From NCBI GenBank assembly GCA_003557385.1, contig PWON01000196.1:3457-67456 (forward strand): a stretch of 64,000 nt of DNA, read 5' to 3'. The notes below the pieces were generated by a model. It was not told the origin of the DNA and did no database searches. It saw only the letters and a program-made list of their open reading frames with translations. Positions within the stretch are counted from its first letter, which is position 1. Each line of letters begins with the position of its first letter. The stretch is from Bacteroidales bacterium (GTDB lineage: Bacteria; Bacteroidota; Bacteroidia; Bacteroidales; UBA7960). Made by a program: the position numbers and the translations under genes. Below, one piece after another: positions 1 to 13,188 of this stretch.

Positions 1-3000
1 AACCCACAATAATGTTGTCGTAATCACGCAAACCGGTTCCGGCCGGGATCAGGTGCCCGACAATTACATTTTCCTTCAGGCCTTTGAGCCGATCGGTTTT
101 GGCATTGACCGCCGCATCGGTAAGCACTTTGGTGGTTTCCTGGAATGAAGCCGCAGAAATAAAACTCTGTGTCTGCAACGAAGCCTTGGTAATGCCCTGC
201 AGCTGCTGTCGTGCAGTGGCTCCATTGGCATCGCGGGCAACCACCAGTTGTTTGTCCTTGCGCTTGAGCAGGGAGTTCTCATCCCTGAGCTTCCGGGCAG
301 TAATGATCTGGCCAGGTTTCAGGGCCGAGTCACCGGGATCTTCAACCACCTTCTTTCCGAAGAGGCCATCATTTTCTTCCATGAATTCAATCTTGTTGAC
401 CACTTCATTCTCAAGGAAACGGGTATCGCCCGGATCTTCGATGATCACCTTCCGCATCATCTGTCTTACAATGATCTCAAAGTGTTTGTCGTTGATCTTC
501 ACACCCTGCAGCCGGTAAACCTCCTGCACCTCGTTGACAATATATTCCTGCACGGCAGTGGGTCCTTTGATGGCAAGAATGTCAGCCGGTGTAATCGGCC
601 CGTCCGACAATGGTGTGCCTGCTTTGACAAAGTCATTTTCCTGCGCAAGGATCTGCTTGGTCAATGGTACCAGGTAATGTTTTTCATCTCCTGTTTTTGA
701 GGTGATGATTACTTCCCGGTTGCCCCGCTTGATTTTCTTGCCAAAAGAAACAACTCCGTCAATTTCAGATACCACGGCAGGATCAGAAGGGTTGCGTGCT
801 TCGAACAGCTCAGTGATGCGCGGGAGACCACCGGTAATGTCACCGGATTTTCCAACAGCGCGCGGGATCTTCGCAATAATAGTCCCCGGCTTCACCTGCC
901 TGTCTTCCGTGACCACCACATGGGCCCCCACCGGCATGTCATAGACACGTTCTGTCTTGCCGTCTTTTCCGACAATGCTGATGGAGGGGTTTCGGGTTTT
1001 GTCTTTTGAATCGATAATCACTTTTTCGTAATAACCGGTCTGTTCATCAGAATCTGTCCGGTATGTGGTACCCTCTTTCATGTTTTTGAATACCACCTTA
1101 CCCGGCTGGTCGGATATAATGACCGCATTGTAAGGATCCCATTCGCAGATCAAATCCCCGCTTTGTAACTCATCTCCATGTTTGAAATACAGGTTGGCAC
1201 CATAAGGGATATTCTGGCTTGTAAGCACCATCTGGGTGTTTTTGTCAATGATACGCATCTCTGCTGAACGGCCAATAACCACATGGTATTGGGTTCCGTC
1301 ATCACTGCTGAATGGCACTGAACGGAGTTCATCGATCTCCAGCACACCACCGTATTTTGCATTGATCTTCGATGCGGTGGCAATATTTGAGGCGGTACCG
1401 CCCACATGGAAAGTACGCAGGGTAAGCTGCGTACCGGGTTCCCCGATCGATTGCGCGGCAATAACCCCCACCGATTCACCTTTCTGTACCATGCGTCCTG
1501 AAGCCAGGTTGCGCCCGTAACATTTTGAACAAATCCCAACTTTAGACTCACATGTGAGCACCGACCTGATTTCCACCGCTTCGATGGGTGATTCCTCAAT
1601 CACCGAAGATATTTCCTCTGTCAACTCTTCCCCTGCCTTCACTATGATGTCTCCCGAAGTGGGATGATAGATGTCGTGCAGGGTATTCCTGCCAAGGATA
1701 CGGTCATACAGGCTCTCTACGGTTTCTTCATTATTCTTGAGCGCTGTGGCGGTAAGCCCTCTGAGGGTGCCACAATCAGTTTCCGTAACGATCACATCCT
1801 GAGCCACATCTACCAGGCGCCGGGTCAGATATCCGGCATCGGCTGTTTTCAGCGCGGTATCAGCCAGACCTTTACGAGCACCGTGTGTGGAAATAAAATA
1901 CTCCAACACCGACAATCCCTCCTTAAAGTTTGAAAGGATCGGGTTTTCAATGATCTCACCACCCTTGGCCCCGGATTTTTGTGGTTTTGCCATCAGTCCA
2001 CGCATGCCTGATAACTGACGGATTTGTTCCTTGGAGCCCCTGGCCCCGGAATCAAGCATCATATAAACCGGGTTGAATCCCTGATTATCTGCAGTGGTTT
2101 TGTCAATCAGCACCTTGGTAAGCCTGGCATTGGTATGCGTCCAGATATCAATGATCTGATTGTACCGCTCATTATTGGTAATAAAGCCCATGCTGTAGTT
2201 GCCGCGGACTTCCTCCACCTGTTCGTCTGCCTGATTGATAAGGATCTGTTTTTCCTCAGGTACAATGATGTCACCCAGATTAAACGATAGGCCGCCACGA
2301 AAGGCCAGATCAAACCCAAGGTCTTTGATGTCATCCAGGAACTGAGATGTACGTGATATCCCGGTTTCCTTCATGATGCCACCAATGATATCACGAAGGG
2401 CCTTTTTGGTAAGCAGCTGGTTAATAAACCCGTAGCCTTCAGGGATCACGCGGTTAAACAGCACCCGGCCAACGGTTGTTTCAAGCAGCCTGGTGACCAG
2501 TTCTCCCTTTTCCTTTACCGGAACACGTGCCTTGATGATGGCATGCAGGTCGGCTGCGCCTTCATTGTGCGCAATGATCACTTCTTCAGGCCCGTAAAAA
2601 GTGAGCCCCTCCCCTTTTACCGGATATTCCGGGGTATTCTTGCGGGCTTTGGTCATGTAATACAACCCCAGGACCATGTCCTGCGATGGCACGGCAATGG
2701 GGGCCCCGTTGGCGGGATTGAGAATATTGTGCGATGCCAGCATCAGAAGCTGTGCCTCCAGGATGGCGGCATTACCAAGTGGCAGGTGCACGGCCATCTG
2801 GTCGCCATCGAAGTCGGCATTAAAGGCCGTACACACCAGGGGGTGCAACTGAATGGCCTTGCCTTCAATCAACTTTGGTTGAAATGCCTGGATGCCAAGA
2901 CGGTGCAGCGTAGGTGCACTGTTAAGCAACACAGGATGACCTTTCAACACATTCTCCAGGATGTCCCAAACAACCGGGTCTTTCCTGTCCACAATTTTTT

Positions 3001-4231
3001 TGGCCGACTTGACCGTTTTAACAATGCCACGCTCAAGCATCTTCCGTATAATGAAGGGCTTGAATATCTCCGATGCCATTTCTTTTGGGATACCGCATTC
3101 GTGCAGGCCCAGTTCAGGACCAACCACAATGACCGAACGGGCAGAATAGTCTACACGCTTACCCAGCAGGTTCTGGCGGAAACGGCCCTGTTTGCCTTTT
3201 AAACTATCAGACAAGGACTTCAATGGCCTGTTGGATTCCGTTTTTACCGCATTGGTTTTGCGGGAATTATCAAACAATGAATCCACAGCTTCCTGCAACA
3301 TGCGTTTTTCATTGCGTAAAATGACATCGGGTGCCTTGATCTCTATCAGCCGTTTGAGCCGGTTGTTGCGAATGATCACACGGCGATACAAATCGTTCAG
3401 GTCGCTGGTGGCAAAACGCCCACCATCCAGCGGTACCAGCGGACGCAATTCGGGAGGAATGACCGGAACTACATCCACAATCATCCAGTCGGGCCGGTTT
3501 TCAATGGTGCGCTGTGCATCGCGGAATGCTTCCACCACCTGCAGGCGTTTCAGGGCATCGGCCTTACGCTGTTGCGAAGTTTCTGTATTTGCCTTGTGGC
3601 GCAAATCATAGGAGAGTTTATCAAGGTCAAGCTTGGACAACAATTCCTTCAGGGCTTCTGCACCCATCCTGGCCACGAATTTGTTCGGGTCTTCGTCGTC
3701 AAGCATCTGGTTATCAATGGGAATAGATTCCAGTACATTGAAGTATTCTTCTTCTGTAAGGAAATCCATGTAGCTCAACTCATCTGATTTGACGCCGGGA
3801 TTAATCACCACATAGCGTTCATAATAGATGATCTGGTCCAGTTTCTTTGATGGCAGGCCCAATAAATAACCAATCTTGTTGGGAAGGGTACGGAAAAACC
3901 AGATATGTGCCACCGGCACCACCAGTTTGATATGGCCCATCCGCTCCCTTCGCACTTTTTTCTCTGTAACCTCCACGCCACAGCGGTCACATACAATACC
4001 CTTATACCGTATCCGTTTGTATTTGCCACAATGACATTCCCAGTCCTTTACCGGGCCGAAAATCCTTTCGCAGAACAGCCCGTCTCTTTCGGGCTTGTAT
4101 GTCCGGTAATTAATGGTTTCAGGCTTCAACACCTCCCCGTGTGACCGCTCCAGCACGGACTCTGGAGAGGCCAGGCTGATAGTAATACTGGAGAAATTAC
4201 TTTTTACGTTGGATTCTTTTCTGAAAGCCAT
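1..4231 (-). CDS. rpoC: DNA-directed RNA polymerase beta' subunit (3' end runs off the window)
   Basis: Not in the ORF track because no stop falls inside the window. The minus strand from ATG 4231 reads [10 protein letters not shown]...LASPE...[25 protein letters not shown]; NADFDGDQM lies near 2800; the same frame gives [16 protein letters not shown] at the left edge. Confidence 0.98.
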   Translation of the reverse strand, partial: MAFRKESNVKSNFSSITISLASPESVLERSHGEVLKPETINYRTYKPERDGLFCERIFGPVKDWECHCGKYKRIRYKGIVCDRCGVEVTEKKVRRERMGHIKLVVPVAHIWFFRTLPNKIGYLLGLPSKKLDQIIYYERYVVINPGVKSDELSYMDFLTEEEYFNVLESIPIDNQMLDDEDPNKFVARMGAEALKELLSKLDLDKLSYDLRHKANTETSQQRKADALKRLQVVEAFRDAQRTIENRPDWMIVDVVPVIPPELRPLVPLDGGRFATSDLNDLYRRVIIRNNRLKRLIEIKAPDVILRNEKRMLQEAVDSLFDNSRKTNAVKTESNRPLKSLSDSLKGKQGRFRQNLLGKRVDYSARSVIVVGPELGLHECGIPKEMASEIFKPFIIRKMLERGIVKTVKSAKKIVDRKDPVVWDILENVLKGHPVLLNSAPTLHRLGIQAFQPKLIEGKAIQLHPLVCTAFNADFDGDQMAVHLPLGNAAILEAQLLMLASHNILNPANGAPIAVPSQDMVLGLYYMTKARKNTPEYPVKGEGLTFYGPEEVIIAHNEGAADLHAIIKARVPVKEKGELVTRLLETTVGRVLFNRVIPEGYGFINQLLTKKALRDIIGGIMKETGISRTSQFLDDIKDLGFDLAFRGGLSFNLGDIIVPEEKQILINQADEQVEEVRGNYSMGFITNNERYNQIIDIWTHTNARLTKVLIDKTTADNQGFNPVYMMLDSGARGSKEQIRQLSGMRGLMAKPQKSGAKGGEIIENPILSNFKEGLSVLEYFISTHGARKGLADTALKTADAGYLTRRLVDVAQDVIVTETDCGTLRGLTATALKNNEETVESLYDRILGRNTLHDIYHPTSGDIIVKAGEELTEEISSVIEESPIEAVEIRSVLTCESKVGICSKCYGRNLASGRMVQKGESVGVIAAQSIGEPGTQLTLRTFHVGGTASNIATASKINAKYGGVLEIDELRSVPFSSDDGTQYHVVIGRSAEMRIIDKNTQMVLTSQNIPYGANLYFKHGDELQSGDLICEWDPYNAVIISDQPGKVVFKNMKEGTTYRTDSDEQTGYYEKVIIDSKDKTRNPSISIVGKDGKTERVYDMPVGAHVVVTEDRQVKPGTIIAKIPRAVGKSGDITGGLPRITELFEARNPSDPAVVSEIDGVVSFGKKIKRGNREVIITSKTGDEKHYLVPLTKQILAQENDFVKAGTPLSDGPITPADILAIKGPTAVQEYIVNEVQEVYRLQGVKINDKHFEIIVRQMMRKVIIEDPGDTRFLENEVVNKIEFMEENDGLFGKKVVEDPGDSALKPGQIITARKLRDENSLLKRKDKQLVVARDANGATARQQLQGITKASLQTQSFISAASFQETTKVLTDAAVNAKTDRLKGLKENVIVGHLIPAGTGLRDYDNIIVG

Positions 4232-4289
4232 ATAAAATGTTTGTTAAGGACGTTTGTTCTTTAATTGCATTTCACCGTACAACGGCCGG

Positions 4290-7200
4290 TTAATCAAAGC
4301 TGATGTTAAGGCCCAGACCCCTGAGCTCATGTACCAGCACATTGAATGATTCGGGAACACCGGCAATGGGCATATTGTCTCCTTTTACCAGTGCCTCATA
4401 TGTTTTTGCACGACCTATTACATCATCCGATTTCACGGTGAGGATTTCCTGCAATACATTGGCTGCGCCAAAAGCTTCCAGCGCCCAAACCTCCATCTCA
4501 CCAAACCGCTGGCCACCAAATTGGGCCTTGCCGCCCAGGGGTTGCTGGGTGATCAGTGAATAAGGTCCGATTGAACGGGCATGCATCTTGTCATCCACCA
4601 TATGTCCCAGTTTCAGCATGTAGATCACCCCCACGGTGGCAGGCTGGTCAAAACGTTTACCGGTGCCGCCATCATACAGGTAGACCTTGCCGTTTTCAGG
4701 AAGACCGGCAGTTCTCATGTATTCATTGATCTGATCGATATGCGCACCGTCAAAGATCGGGCTCGCAAATGTCATTCCGAGCTTCTGACCGGCCCATCCA
4801 AGCACGGTCTCATAAATCTGCCCGAGGTTCATACGCGAAGGCACCCCCAACGGGTTGAGCACAATATCAACCGGCGTGCCATCTTCCAGGAAAGGCATGT
4901 CCTCCTGGCGAACGATTTTGGCAACAATCCCCTTGTTGCCATGGCGACCAGCCATCTTGTCGCCCACCTTGAGTTTGCGTTTTTTGGCCAGATATACCTT
5001 GGCCAGTTGGACAATCCCTGTCGGCAACTCATCCCCAACGGTTGCGGTGAATTTGCGACGGTTGTAGTTGCCCAGCAGGTCTTTGTACTGTATGGAATAA
5101 TTGTGCAACAACTCTTTGATGAGCTGGTTTTTCTTCTTGTCGGTAGTCCAGTTGTTCGGATTGACCGTGGCGTAATCGAGATTATGCAAAATCTTCTGGG
5201 TAAACTTGGTCCCCTTTGGTACCACAGACTCTTTAAGGCTGTTGGAAACACCCTGCGATGTTTTACCGGATACCAGTACGATCAGTTTATCCACCAGTTT
5301 GGAACGCAATTCACCCGCCTTTTGCTTGAATTCCGCATCCAGCTTATCAACAAAAGCTTTTTCCTTAGTCTTGGCCTTTCTGTCTTTAATGATCCTGGAA
5401 AACAGTTTTTTGTCAACAATAACCCCCTTTGTGGCCGGCGGGGCCTTCAGGGAGGCATCCTTTACATCACCTGCTTTGTCACCGAAAATGGCTCGCAGTA
5501 GTTTTTCTTCCGGTGTGGGATCCGTTTCGCCCTTTGGGGTGATCTTACCGATCAGTATGTCTCCCTCATTGACCTCGGCACCAATCCGGATGAGGCCGTT
5601 TTCATCAAGGTCCTTGATGGCATCTGCACTCACATTCGGGATATCGCTGGTAAGTTCTTCGGCACCGCGTTTGGTGTCACGGACATCAAGCGAAAACTCC
5701 TCTATGTGGATGGATGTGAAAATATCGTCGCGGACGATCTTTTCGGATACCACGATGGCATCCTCAAAATTGTAGCCTTTCCATGGCATGAAAGCCACTT
5801 TCAGGTTGCGGCCCAATGCCAGTTCCCCGTTCTTGGTAGCATACCCCTCACAAAGCAACTGGCCTTTTTTCACATGCTGGCCTTTTTTGACTATGGGTTT
5901 AAGGCTCAGACAGGTATTTTGATTTGTTTTGCTGAACTTGGTCAGTGTATAGGTTTTCAGATCATCCTCAAAACTGACCAGGCGTTCGTCTTCGCTTCGT
6001 GAATACCTGATTACGATAGCGTCGGCATCTACATATTCAACCACCCCTGAACCTTCGGCATGCAACAACACCCTTGAGTCGTTGGCCACCCTTTTTTCAA
6101 GTCCTGTGCCAACAATCGGTATTTCGGGGTTAATCAATGGTACGGCCTGGCGCATCATGTTGCTTCCCATGAGTGCACGGTTGGCATCGTCATGTTCCAG
6201 AAACGGGATCAGTGAAGCGGCAATGGAGGCAATCTGGTTTGGCGCCACATCCATGAGCTTGATCTGCGAAGGATCAACAATCGGGTAATCGGCCTGATAC
6301 CTGACCTTGAGCCGCTCGTCTACGAAGTTCCCGTCCCCTTTCAGAGCCACATTGGCCTGGCTGATTATCTCGGTCTCCTCTTCTTCGGCCGACAGGTACA
6401 CGGCCGGTTTGTCAAACCGTACACTTCCCTTTTCAACCTCGAAATAAGGTGTTTCAATAAATCCGAGTTCGTTCACTTTGGCATATACGCATAGCGAAGA
6501 GATCAGCCCGATATTGGGTCCTTCAGGGGTTTCAATCGTGCACAAACGCCCATAATGGGTAAAATGGACGTCCCTGACCTCAAACCCTGCACGCTCCCGC
6601 GAGAGGCCTCCCGGACCAAGTGCCGACATGCGCCGCTTGTGTGTGATCTCCGCCAGCGGGTTTGTCTGATCCATGAACTGTGACAATTGGTTGGTGCCAA
6701 AGAAGGAGTTTATGACCGAAGACAGGGTCTTGGCATTGATCAGGTCGGTAGGTGCAAACACCTCATTGTCACGAACATTCATTCGTTCACGGATGGTTCT
6801 GGCCATACGGGCCAACCCCACGCCAAACTGGGTATACAATTGTTCACCCACCGTACGCACACGGCGATTGCTCAAATGGTCGATGTCATCCACATCTGCC
6901 TTGGCATTCACCAGCTCGATGAGGTACTTCACGATGCAAATGATGTCTTCCTTGGTGAGGACCTTCACGTCCATGGGTGTGTTGAGATTCAGCTTTCTGT
7001 TGATGCGGTAACGGCCCACATCACCAAGGTCATAGCGCTTGTCAGAAAAGAAGAGTTTTTCAATCATGCTGCGCGCTGTTTCATCATCCGGCGGATCAGC
7101 ATTGCGCAACAGACGGTAAATAAATTCAACCGCTTCTTTTTCAGAGTTCGTCGTGTCTTTCTGCAAGGTGTTGTAAACCAAAATATAATCGTTTACATTC

Positions 7201-8102
7201 AAGCCCTCCCTGTGCAGAATGATGGTTTTAACCCCGGCATCGATGATCTGGTCAATGTGTTCTTTCTCCAGAATTGTTTCGCGGTCAATGATGACTTCCG
7301 TCCGCTCAATCGACACCACTTCCCCTGTATCTTCATCCACAAAATCCTCCACCCATGATCTAAGTACCCTGGCCGCCAGCTTTCGCCCAATATATTTCTT
7401 CAACCCGGTTTTGGTGACCTTGATCTCATCGGCCAGGTTGAATATCTCCAGGATATCCTTGTCCGTTTCAAAACCAATGGCACGCAACAAGGTAGTCACC
7501 GGCAGTTTCTTTTTGCGGTCGATGTAAGCATACATCACGCTGTTGATGTCGGTGGCAAATTCTATCCAGGAGCCCTTAAAGGGAATGATCCGGGCACTGT
7601 AAAGTTGTGTGCCGTTTGCATGGACACTGGTTCCGAAAAACACACCGGGCGAACGGTGCAGTTGCGACACCACCACACGCTCTGCCCCATTGATCAGGAA
7701 CGTTCCACGTGGTGTCATGTATGGGATGGTACCCAGGTAAACATCCTGAATAATGGTTTCAAAATCTTCGTGCTCGGGATCCGTACAATACAGTTTTAAT
7801 TTCGCTTTGAGCGGCACACTGTAAGTGAGCCCCCTGTCTATACATTCGCGAATAGAATACTTGGGCGGATCAATAAAATAGTCCAGAAACTCCAGCACAA
7901 AATTGTTTCTGGCATCTGATATGGGGAAATTTTCGCTGAACACCTTGAAAAGCCCTTCATTTTTCCTGTTTTCAGGGGTGGTCTCAAGCTGGAAAAAGTC
8001 CTGGAAGGACTTTATCTGAATCTCGAGAAAATCAGGATAATCAAAATGAGCGGTAACGGTTCCGAAATTTACCCTTTCTGCGGATTTTTGTTTTGCTGCC
8101 AA
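4290..8102 (-). CDS. rpoB: DNA-directed RNA polymerase beta subunit
   Basis: 1270 aa with TTG start; motifs [41 protein letters not shown]. Confidence 0.99.
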   Translation of the reverse strand: MAAKQKSAERVNFGTVTAHFDYPDFLEIQIKSFQDFFQLETTPENRKNEGLFKVFSENFPISDARNNFVLEFLDYFIDPPKYSIRECIDRGLTYSVPLKAKLKLYCTDPEHEDFETIIQDVYLGTIPYMTPRGTFLINGAERVVVSQLHRSPGVFFGTSVHANGTQLYSARIIPFKGSWIEFATDINSVMYAYIDRKKKLPVTTLLRAIGFETDKDILEIFNLADEIKVTKTGLKKYIGRKLAARVLRSWVEDFVDEDTGEVVSIERTEVIIDRETILEKEHIDQIIDAGVKTIILHREGLNVNDYILVYNTLQKDTTNSEKEAVEFIYRLLRNADPPDDETARSMIEKLFFSDKRYDLGDVGRYRINRKLNLNTPMDVKVLTKEDIICIVKYLIELVNAKADVDDIDHLSNRRVRTVGEQLYTQFGVGLARMARTIRERMNVRDNEVFAPTDLINAKTLSSVINSFFGTNQLSQFMDQTNPLAEITHKRRMSALGPGGLSRERAGFEVRDVHFTHYGRLCTIETPEGPNIGLISSLCVYAKVNELGFIETPYFEVEKGSVRFDKPAVYLSAEEEETEIISQANVALKGDGNFVDERLKVRYQADYPIVDPSQIKLMDVAPNQIASIAASLIPFLEHDDANRALMGSNMMRQAVPLINPEIPIVGTGLEKRVANDSRVLLHAEGSGVVEYVDADAIVIRYSRSEDERLVSFEDDLKTYTLTKFSKTNQNTCLSLKPIVKKGQHVKKGQLLCEGYATKNGELALGRNLKVAFMPWKGYNFEDAIVVSEKIVRDDIFTSIHIEEFSLDVRDTKRGAEELTSDIPNVSADAIKDLDENGLIRIGAEVNEGDILIGKITPKGETDPTPEEKLLRAIFGDKAGDVKDASLKAPPATKGVIVDKKLFSRIIKDRKAKTKEKAFVDKLDAEFKQKAGELRSKLVDKLIVLVSGKTSQGVSNSLKESVVPKGTKFTQKILHNLDYATVNPNNWTTDKKKNQLIKELLHNYSIQYKDLLGNYNRRKFTATVGDELPTGIVQLAKVYLAKKRKLKVGDKMAGRHGNKGIVAKIVRQEDMPFLEDGTPVDIVLNPLGVPSRMNLGQIYETVLGWAGQKLGMTFASPIFDGAHIDQINEYMRTAGLPENGKVYLYDGGTGKRFDQPATVGVIYMLKLGHMVDDKMHARSIGPYSLITQQPLGGKAQFGGQRFGEMEVWALEAFGAANVLQEILTVKSDDVIGRAKTYEALVKGDNMPIAGVPESFNVLVHELRGLGLNISFD

Positions 8103-8156
8103 GGTATATAGGTTTGAAGTTAAAAAAGCTAAAAATTGAAGAACAGGATAACCAGC

Positions 8157-8213
8157 AATAAAGATCAGACCTTTACAGCGAATGCGTCATTCGGCAAAAG
8201 TCTGATCTTATTT
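8157..8213 (-). terminator. Hairpin between rplL and rpoB, putative attenuator/terminator
   Basis: Stem AAGATCAGAC (8161-8170) / GTCTGATCTT (8200-8209) with an inner GCGAATG/CATTCG stem and a short T-rich tail on the minus strand. Confidence 0.55.
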
Positions 8214-8224
8214 TAATTGCGGGT

Positions 8225-8605
8225 TTACTTAATCTCAACCTCTGCTCCGGCTTCGTCAAGTTGTTTTTTGAGTGACTCAGCCTCGTCCTTCGAAACTCCT
8301 TCCTTAATGGCTTTGGGTGCGCCATCAACCAACTCTTTCGATTCTTTCAGACCGAGGCTGGTGAGTTCTTTAACAAGTTTTACCACAGCAAGTTTTGACG
8401 GACCTGCTGCGTTCAGAATAACATCAAATTGCGTTTTTTCTTCGGCGGCCTCGCCTGCTGCTTCACCACCTGCGGCTGCAACAGCTACCGGAGCAGCCGC
8501 GGCCGGTTCAATTCCATATTCATCTTTCAAAATAGTTGCCAATTCATTAACCTCTTTAACCGTAAGATTAACCAATTGTTCTGCAAAAGCTTTCAAATCT
8601 GCCAT
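8225..8605 (-). CDS. rplL: 50S ribosomal protein L7/L12
   Basis: [34 protein letters not shown], Ala-rich hinge. Confidence 0.99.
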   Translation of the reverse strand: MADLKAFAEQLVNLTVKEVNELATILKDEYGIEPAAAAPVAVAAAGGEAAGEAAEEKTQFDVILNAAGPSKLAVVKLVKELTSLGLKESKELVDGAPKAIKEGVSKDEAESLKKQLDEAGAEVEIK

Positions 8606-8652
8606 TTTCTTATTGTTTTAATTGGGTTTTACTTTGTTGATTTTTTGTTTTA

Positions 8653-9180
8653 TCAGCCTTCTTCTCGTTCAGAAAGCGTTTTGATCACACCGCCAATGGT
8701 ATTGCCTCCCGACTGGAGCGCAGAAATCACATGTTTAGCGGGCGATTGCAATAATCCGATCAGATCTCCGATCAATTCTTCTCTCGACTTGATCTTTGTA
8801 AGCATATCCAGCTGATCATCACCGATAAAAAACGCCTCTTCAATGTAAGCCCCTTTAAGCCTGGGTTTGTCGCTTTTCTTGCGAAAATCCTTGATCAGCC
8901 TTGCGGGGACATTTCCTGTCTCAGAAATCATGATAGAGGTGGACCCCACCAGAACCTCATACAAAGGCTCAAGGTTCTTCTCGCTCTGCTCCATGGCTTT
9001 TTTCAACAGGGTGTTTTTTACCACCTCCATGGTAACATTCCGCCTGAAGCATAACCTGCGAAGGTTATTGATGGTCTCCACGTTCAAATCAGAAGTATCG
9101 GCCAGATAAATGATATCGCTGTTTTTGAGTTTCTCCGTCAGCGACTCAATGATCTGATATTTTTCTTCTCTGTTTTTCAT
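8653..9180 (-). CDS. rplJ: 50S ribosomal protein L10
   Basis: VVKNTLLKKA motif; lies between rplA and rplL. Confidence 0.97.
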   Translation of the reverse strand: MKNREEKYQIIESLTEKLKNSDIIYLADTSDLNVETINNLRRLCFRRNVTMEVVKNTLLKKAMEQSEKNLEPLYEVLVGSTSIMISETGNVPARLIKDFRKKSDKPRLKGAYIEEAFFIGDDQLDMLTKIKSREELIGDLIGLLQSPAKHVISALQSGGNTIGGVIKTLSEREEG

Positions 9181-9214
9181 GTGTTCATATTTACAGGTGA
9201 ACCACCTTTTTTGT

Positions 9215-9910
9215 TTATAATGCAGCCGTTTTGGTATCTACCTGTATGCCCGGGCTCATGGTGCTCGACATATAAATGCTTCGCATATAAGTGCCCTTGG
9301 CGGCAGCAGGTTTCAACCGCATGATTGTCTGGATGAGCTCTTTGGCATTTTCCACGATTTTTTCTTTTTCAAAAGAGACCTTTCCGATCCCCGCATGAAC
9401 AATGCCAAATTTATCCACCTTAAAATCGATCTTGCCCCCTTTTACATCAGATACGGCTTTGCCAATATCCATGGTAACAGTTCCGGCTTTTGGATTGGGC
9501 ATGAGCCCACGCGGGCCGAGGACACGTCCGAGGGCACCAACTTTGGGCATCACATTGGGCGTGGTGATCACTACATCCACATCCGTCCAGCCACCTTTGA
9601 TCTTATCTACGTATTCATCCAGTCCAACGTAATCTGCTCCGGCCTCTTTTGCTTCGTCTTCCTTTTCAGGACCACAAAGTACCAGTACGCGCACTGTTTT
9701 TCCTGTTCCGTGCGGCAGGGTAACCACCCCCCGAACCATTTGATTGGCTTTCCGGGGGTCTACACCCAGCCTGATGTCCAGGTCAACGGATGCATCAAAC
9801 TTTGCAAAGCTGATCTTCTTCACGATTTCTGCTGCGTCAGATAAGGAATACACTGCGCTCCTGTCGAACTTTTCCAAAGCTTCTTTTTGATTTTTAGATA
9901 TTTTAGCCAT
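9215..9910 (-). CDS. rplA: 50S ribosomal protein L1
   Basis: [38 protein letters not shown]. Confidence 0.99.
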   Translation of the reverse strand: MAKISKNQKEALEKFDRSAVYSLSDAAEIVKKISFAKFDASVDLDIRLGVDPRKANQMVRGVVTLPHGTGKTVRVLVLCGPEKEDEAKEAGADYVGLDEYVDKIKGGWTDVDVVITTPNVMPKVGALGRVLGPRGLMPNPKAGTVTMDIGKAVSDVKGGKIDFKVDKFGIVHAGIGKVSFEKEKIVENAKELIQTIMRLKPAAAKGTYMRSIYMSSTMSPGIQVDTKTAAL

Positions 9911-9970
9911 GTTTAGATTGCGTTAAGCTTTAATTAATTCATAGCCCATACCTGCGTTGTTCCGCCGGCA

Positions 9971-10408
9971 TTACACGGGGCGCTCCCCTTTGATACGAAT
10001 ACCCATACTGCGTGCGGTACCGGCAACCATGTTCATGGCCGATTCCACAGTAAAACAGTTGAGGTCTGGCATCTTCTCTTCAGCGATCGCCCGCACCTTG
10101 TCCCAGGTAATGGTTGCTACTTTTGTTCTGTTGGGTTCTGCTGAACCTGACTTTATCTTTGCTGCTTCGCGCAACTGAACGGCCACAGGCGGGGTCTTGA
10201 TGATAAAATTAAAGGACTTGTCCCTGAATACCGTAATGATCACGGGAATCACCTTCCCGGCCTTGTCTTGTGTACGCGCATTGAACTGCTTGCAAAACTC
10301 CATAATATTCACACCCTTGGCACCCAAAGCAGGGCCTACGGGCGGAGAGGGGTTTGCAGCACCTCCTCTGATTTGCAGCTTAATGATTCCACTTACTTCT
10401 TTTGCCAT
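9971..10408 (-). CDS. rplK: 50S ribosomal protein L11
   Basis: [32 protein letters not shown]. Confidence 0.99.
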   Translation of the reverse strand: MAKEVSGIIKLQIRGGAANPSPPVGPALGAKGVNIMEFCKQFNARTQDKAGKVIPVIITVFRDKSFNFIIKTPPVAVQLREAAKIKSGSAEPNRTKVATITWDKVRAIAEEKMPDLNCFTVESAMNMVAGTARSMGIRIKGERPV

Positions 10409-10502
10409 TTTTTGATTTTTTTTTCAAATAAGGGGATTGACATTTTCAGCAAGCCTGAAAAAATAGCCGGGCATGCGACCGTAACATCGCGTCACCAGGT
10501 GG

Positions 10503-11045
10503 CTACTCTTTTTCAACCTGCATGAAACTCAACTCCAAAGGTGTTTTTCGTCCGAAAATCTTGACCATCACTTTTAACTTCTTCTTCTCCTCGTTGATTT
10601 CTTCGATCACACCTGAGAAACTGTTGAACGGCCCGTCTGTAACTTTCACGGTTTCCCCAACAATATAAGGAACGTTCAGTTCTTCCTCTTTGCCCGACAG
10701 TTCATCAACCTTGCCTAAAATGCGATTGACTTCTGCCGGCCGCAAGGGTACCGGGTCGCCACCAGAGCCCAAAAAACCCAATACACCAGGCACATTCCTG
10801 ATAATATGCGGAATCTCCCCCACCAAAGCAACTTCTATCAGCACATATCCGGGAAAATAATTGCGCTCGGCACTAATTTTCTTTCCCTTGCGAACCTGAT
10901 AGACCTTTTCCGTCGGGATCAGTACTTGCGACACATAATCCTCCAGACCCAGCCTGGCGATTTCATTTTCAAGGTATTGCTTGACTTTTTTCTCACCTCC
11001 GCTGACTGCCCGGACTACGTACCATTTTTTTACTTGTTCGCTCAT
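10503..11045 (-). CDS. nusG: Transcription termination/antitermination factor NusG
   Basis: WYVVRAVSG, FPGYVLIE, KOW motif DGPFNSFSG, IFGRKTPLEL. Confidence 0.98.
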   Translation of the reverse strand: MSEQVKKWYVVRAVSGGEKKVKQYLENEIARLGLEDYVSQVLIPTEKVYQVRKGKKISAERNYFPGYVLIEVALVGEIPHIIRNVPGVLGFLGSGGDPVPLRPAEVNRILGKVDELSGKEEELNVPYIVGETVKVTDGPFNSFSGVIEEINEEKKKLKVMVKIFGRKTPLELSFMQVEKE

Positions 11046-11142
11046 ACCAATTTACAATGTCAGAATTCCGCGATTTGTTTTTGCCCATTGCTGAAAACCA
11101 TAAAATATCAGAATGTCCCCCGCCGGGGCAAAAACGGAATGT

Positions 11143-11337
11143 TTACAAAAAGAGACGGTAAAACTGTTCAAGAACGGAGCTGAATGAAATATCCATCAGA
11201 TAAACGATCAATGCGATTATCAGGGAAGCAATGGATACAACAACTGCGCTGTTCTGCAGATCACTCCAAGAGGGCCAGGAAACCTTATTGATCAACTCAT
11301 CATAAGATTCTCTGAAATAGGCTCTGATTTTCTTCAT
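11143..11337 (-). CDS. secE: Preprotein translocase subunit SecE
   Basis: ELINKVSWPS plus one TM helix; canonical position between tRNA-Trp and nusG. Confidence 0.96.
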   Translation of the reverse strand: MKKIRAYFRESYDELINKVSWPSWSDLQNSAVVVSIASLIIALIVYLMDISFSSVLEQFYRLFL

Positions 11338-11362
11338 AATTCGGGATTATTCTAATATTTTG

Positions 11363-11435
11363 CACGGGTGGAAGGAATCGAACCCTCAACCAACGGTTTT
11401 GGAGACCGCTACTCTACCAATTGAGCTACACCCGT
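11363..11435 (-). tRNA. tRNA-Trp (CCA)
   Basis: Cloverleaf ACGGGTGTAGCTCAATTGGTAGAG...CT CCA AA...GGTTCGATTCC; no encoded 3' CCA. Confidence 0.97.
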
Positions 11436-11488
11436 GTAAAAGACCCCGGATGGTGGAAGCGTTCCGGCCATCCGAAGCTTTAACGGTC

Positions 11489-12676
11489 TTAGTCAACAAT
11501 CTCGGTTACCTGTCCGGCACCTACTGTGCGGCCACCTTCACGGATCGCAAAACGAAGGCCTTTGTCCATGGCCACATCGGCGATCAGTTCCACGTTAATG
11601 GTCAGGTTATCACCGGGCATGACCATTTCATGTCCTTCAGGAAGCATGATCTCACCGGTAACATCAGTGGTGCGGAAGAAGAACTGCGGACGGTATTTGT
11701 TGCCAAATGGCGTATGGCGGCCACCTTCTTCTTTCTTCAAAACATACACCTCGGCCTTGAACTTCCTGTGTGGTTTCACAGAACCCGGCTTGCAAACAAC
11801 CATCCCGCGCGTAATGGCATCTTTGTCAATGCCCCGGAGCAACAAACCAACGTTGTCACCCGCTTCGCCGCGGTCAAGGATCTTGCGGAACATTTCCACA
11901 CCGGTTACCACTGATTTGAGTTTTTCAGCACCCATACCAATGATGTCAACCGAATCGCCACTGTTGATCACACCGGTTTCGATACGACCTGTTGCAACCG
12001 TTCCACGTCCTGTAATAGAGAACACGTCTTCAACAGGCATCAGGAAATCTTTATCAATATCGCGCTGTGGCAGTGGAATAAAGTTATCGACTGCGTCCAT
12101 CAGTTCAACAATTTTTTCAACCCACTTTGGCTCGTTGTTAAGTCCGCCGAGGGCTGATCCCTGTACTACGGGGATATTGTCGCCATCAAACTTATAAAAG
12201 GAAAGCAGTTCACGGATCTCCATTTCCACCAGCTCCAGAAGTTCTTCATCGTCCACAAGGTCCACCTTGTTCATAAAGACCACGAGCTGCGGAACACCAA
12301 CCTGGCGGGCCAACAGAATATGCTCGCGTGTCTGGGGCATGGGGCCGTCTGTCGCGGCAACCACCAGGATTGCACCGTCCATCTTGGCGGCACCTGTTAC
12401 CATGTTCTTCACATAGTCGGCATGACCGGGACAGTCAACGTGTGCATAGTGCCTTGCATCTGTTTGATATTCTACGTGCGCAGTATTGATCGTAATCCCT
12501 CTTTCTTTTTCCTCCGGCGCATTGTCAATCGAATCAAATGATCTGATCTCCGACAAGCCTTTTTCTGCCAATACTTGTGTAATCGCAGCGGTGAGCGTGG
12601 TTTTTCCATGGTCAATATGTCCAATGGTACCAACGTTCACATGCGGTTTTGTACGTTGAAATTTTTCTTTTGCCAT
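11489..12676 (-). CDS. tuf: Elongation factor Tu
   Basis: [23 protein letters not shown]; 395 aa. Confidence 0.99.
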   Translation of the reverse strand: MAKEKFQRTKPHVNVGTIGHIDHGKTTLTAAITQVLAEKGLSEIRSFDSIDNAPEEKERGITINTAHVEYQTDARHYAHVDCPGHADYVKNMVTGAAKMDGAILVVAATDGPMPQTREHILLARQVGVPQLVVFMNKVDLVDDEELLELVEMEIRELLSFYKFDGDNIPVVQGSALGGLNNEPKWVEKIVELMDAVDNFIPLPQRDIDKDFLMPVEDVFSITGRGTVATGRIETGVINSGDSVDIIGMGAEKLKSVVTGVEMFRKILDRGEAGDNVGLLLRGIDKDAITRGMVVCKPGSVKPHRKFKAEVYVLKKEEGGRHTPFGNKYRPQFFFRTTDVTGEIMLPEGHEMVMPGDNLTINVELIADVAMDKGLRFAIREGGRTVGAGQVTEIVD

Positions 12677-12736
12677 GTCTACTGGTGTTTAAGTTTAATT
12701 AAAAGGATTCAACAAATGATGTTCAATTTTACGTAG

Positions 12737-12808
12737 AGCCGATGACGGGAATTGAACCCGTGGCCTCTTCCTTACCAAGGAAACGCTCTACCCCTGAGCT
12801 ACATCGGC
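12737..12808 (-). tRNA. tRNA-Thr (GGT)
   Basis: GCCGATGTAGCTCAGGGGTAGAGC...TT GGT AA...GGTTCAATTCC...ATCGGCT. Confidence 0.96.
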
Positions 12809-12823
12809 AGGGACAAACATTTG

Positions 12824-12896
12824 AGCGGAAAACGGGACTCGAACCCGCCACCTACAGCTTGGAAGGCTGTCGCTCTACCAGATGAGCTATTTCCGC
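12824..12896 (-). tRNA. tRNA-Gly (TCC)
   Basis: GCGGAAATAGCTCATCTGGTAGAGC...CT TCC AA...GGTTCGAGTCC...TTCCGCT. Confidence 0.96.
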
Positions 12897-12905
12897 TTAA
12901 CAATG

Positions 12906-12988
12906 TGGGGGGGGAAGGATTCGAACCTCCGAAGGCGAAAGCCAACAGATTTACAGTCTGCCCCATTTGACCGCTCTGGAACCCCCCC
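12906..12988 (-). tRNA. tRNA-Tyr (GTA)
   Basis: G7/C7 acceptor stem, CT GTA AA anticodon loop, long variable arm, GGTTCGAATCC. Confidence 0.96.
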
Positions 12989-13012
12989 AAGGATTCTCAA
13001 AATCTTTTTCAG

Positions 13013-13086
13013 AGCCGATGGAGGGATTCGAACCCCCGGCCAGCTGATTACAAATCAGCTGCTCTGACCAACTGAGCTACATCGGC
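13013..13086 (-). tRNA. tRNA-Thr (TGT)
   Basis: GCCGATGTAGCTCAGTTGGTCAGAGC...TT TGT AA...GGTTCGAATCC; first gene of the canonical Thr-Tyr-Gly-Thr-tuf operon. Confidence 0.96.
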
Positions 13087-13127
13087 ATCAGTGCTTTAAC
13101 AAAAAAAGAGCCCTGCAAAAATGTCTG

Positions 13128-13135
13128 CAAATGTA
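13128..13135 (-). promoter_or_regulatory. Bacteroidota sigma-A -7 element (TACATTTG) for the tRNA-tuf operon
   Basis: Matches TAnnTTTG about 40 nt upstream of tRNA-Thr. Confidence 0.6.
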
Positions 13136-13188
13136 CAAAAGATTTATTACCTACCAAAAAATATGCAGTTTTTTTTGTCTCAATAGTA

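Noticed and set aside
84-7800. Many long plus-strand ORFs opposite rpoC/rpoB, and similar shadows elsewhere (21970-22728, 25819-26691, 39272-39955)
   Set aside because: They are antisense shadows of well-supported genes with no recognisable motifs.
11360-13067. ORFs overlapping the tRNA genes
   Set aside because: They are translations of tRNA or antisense tuf sequence.
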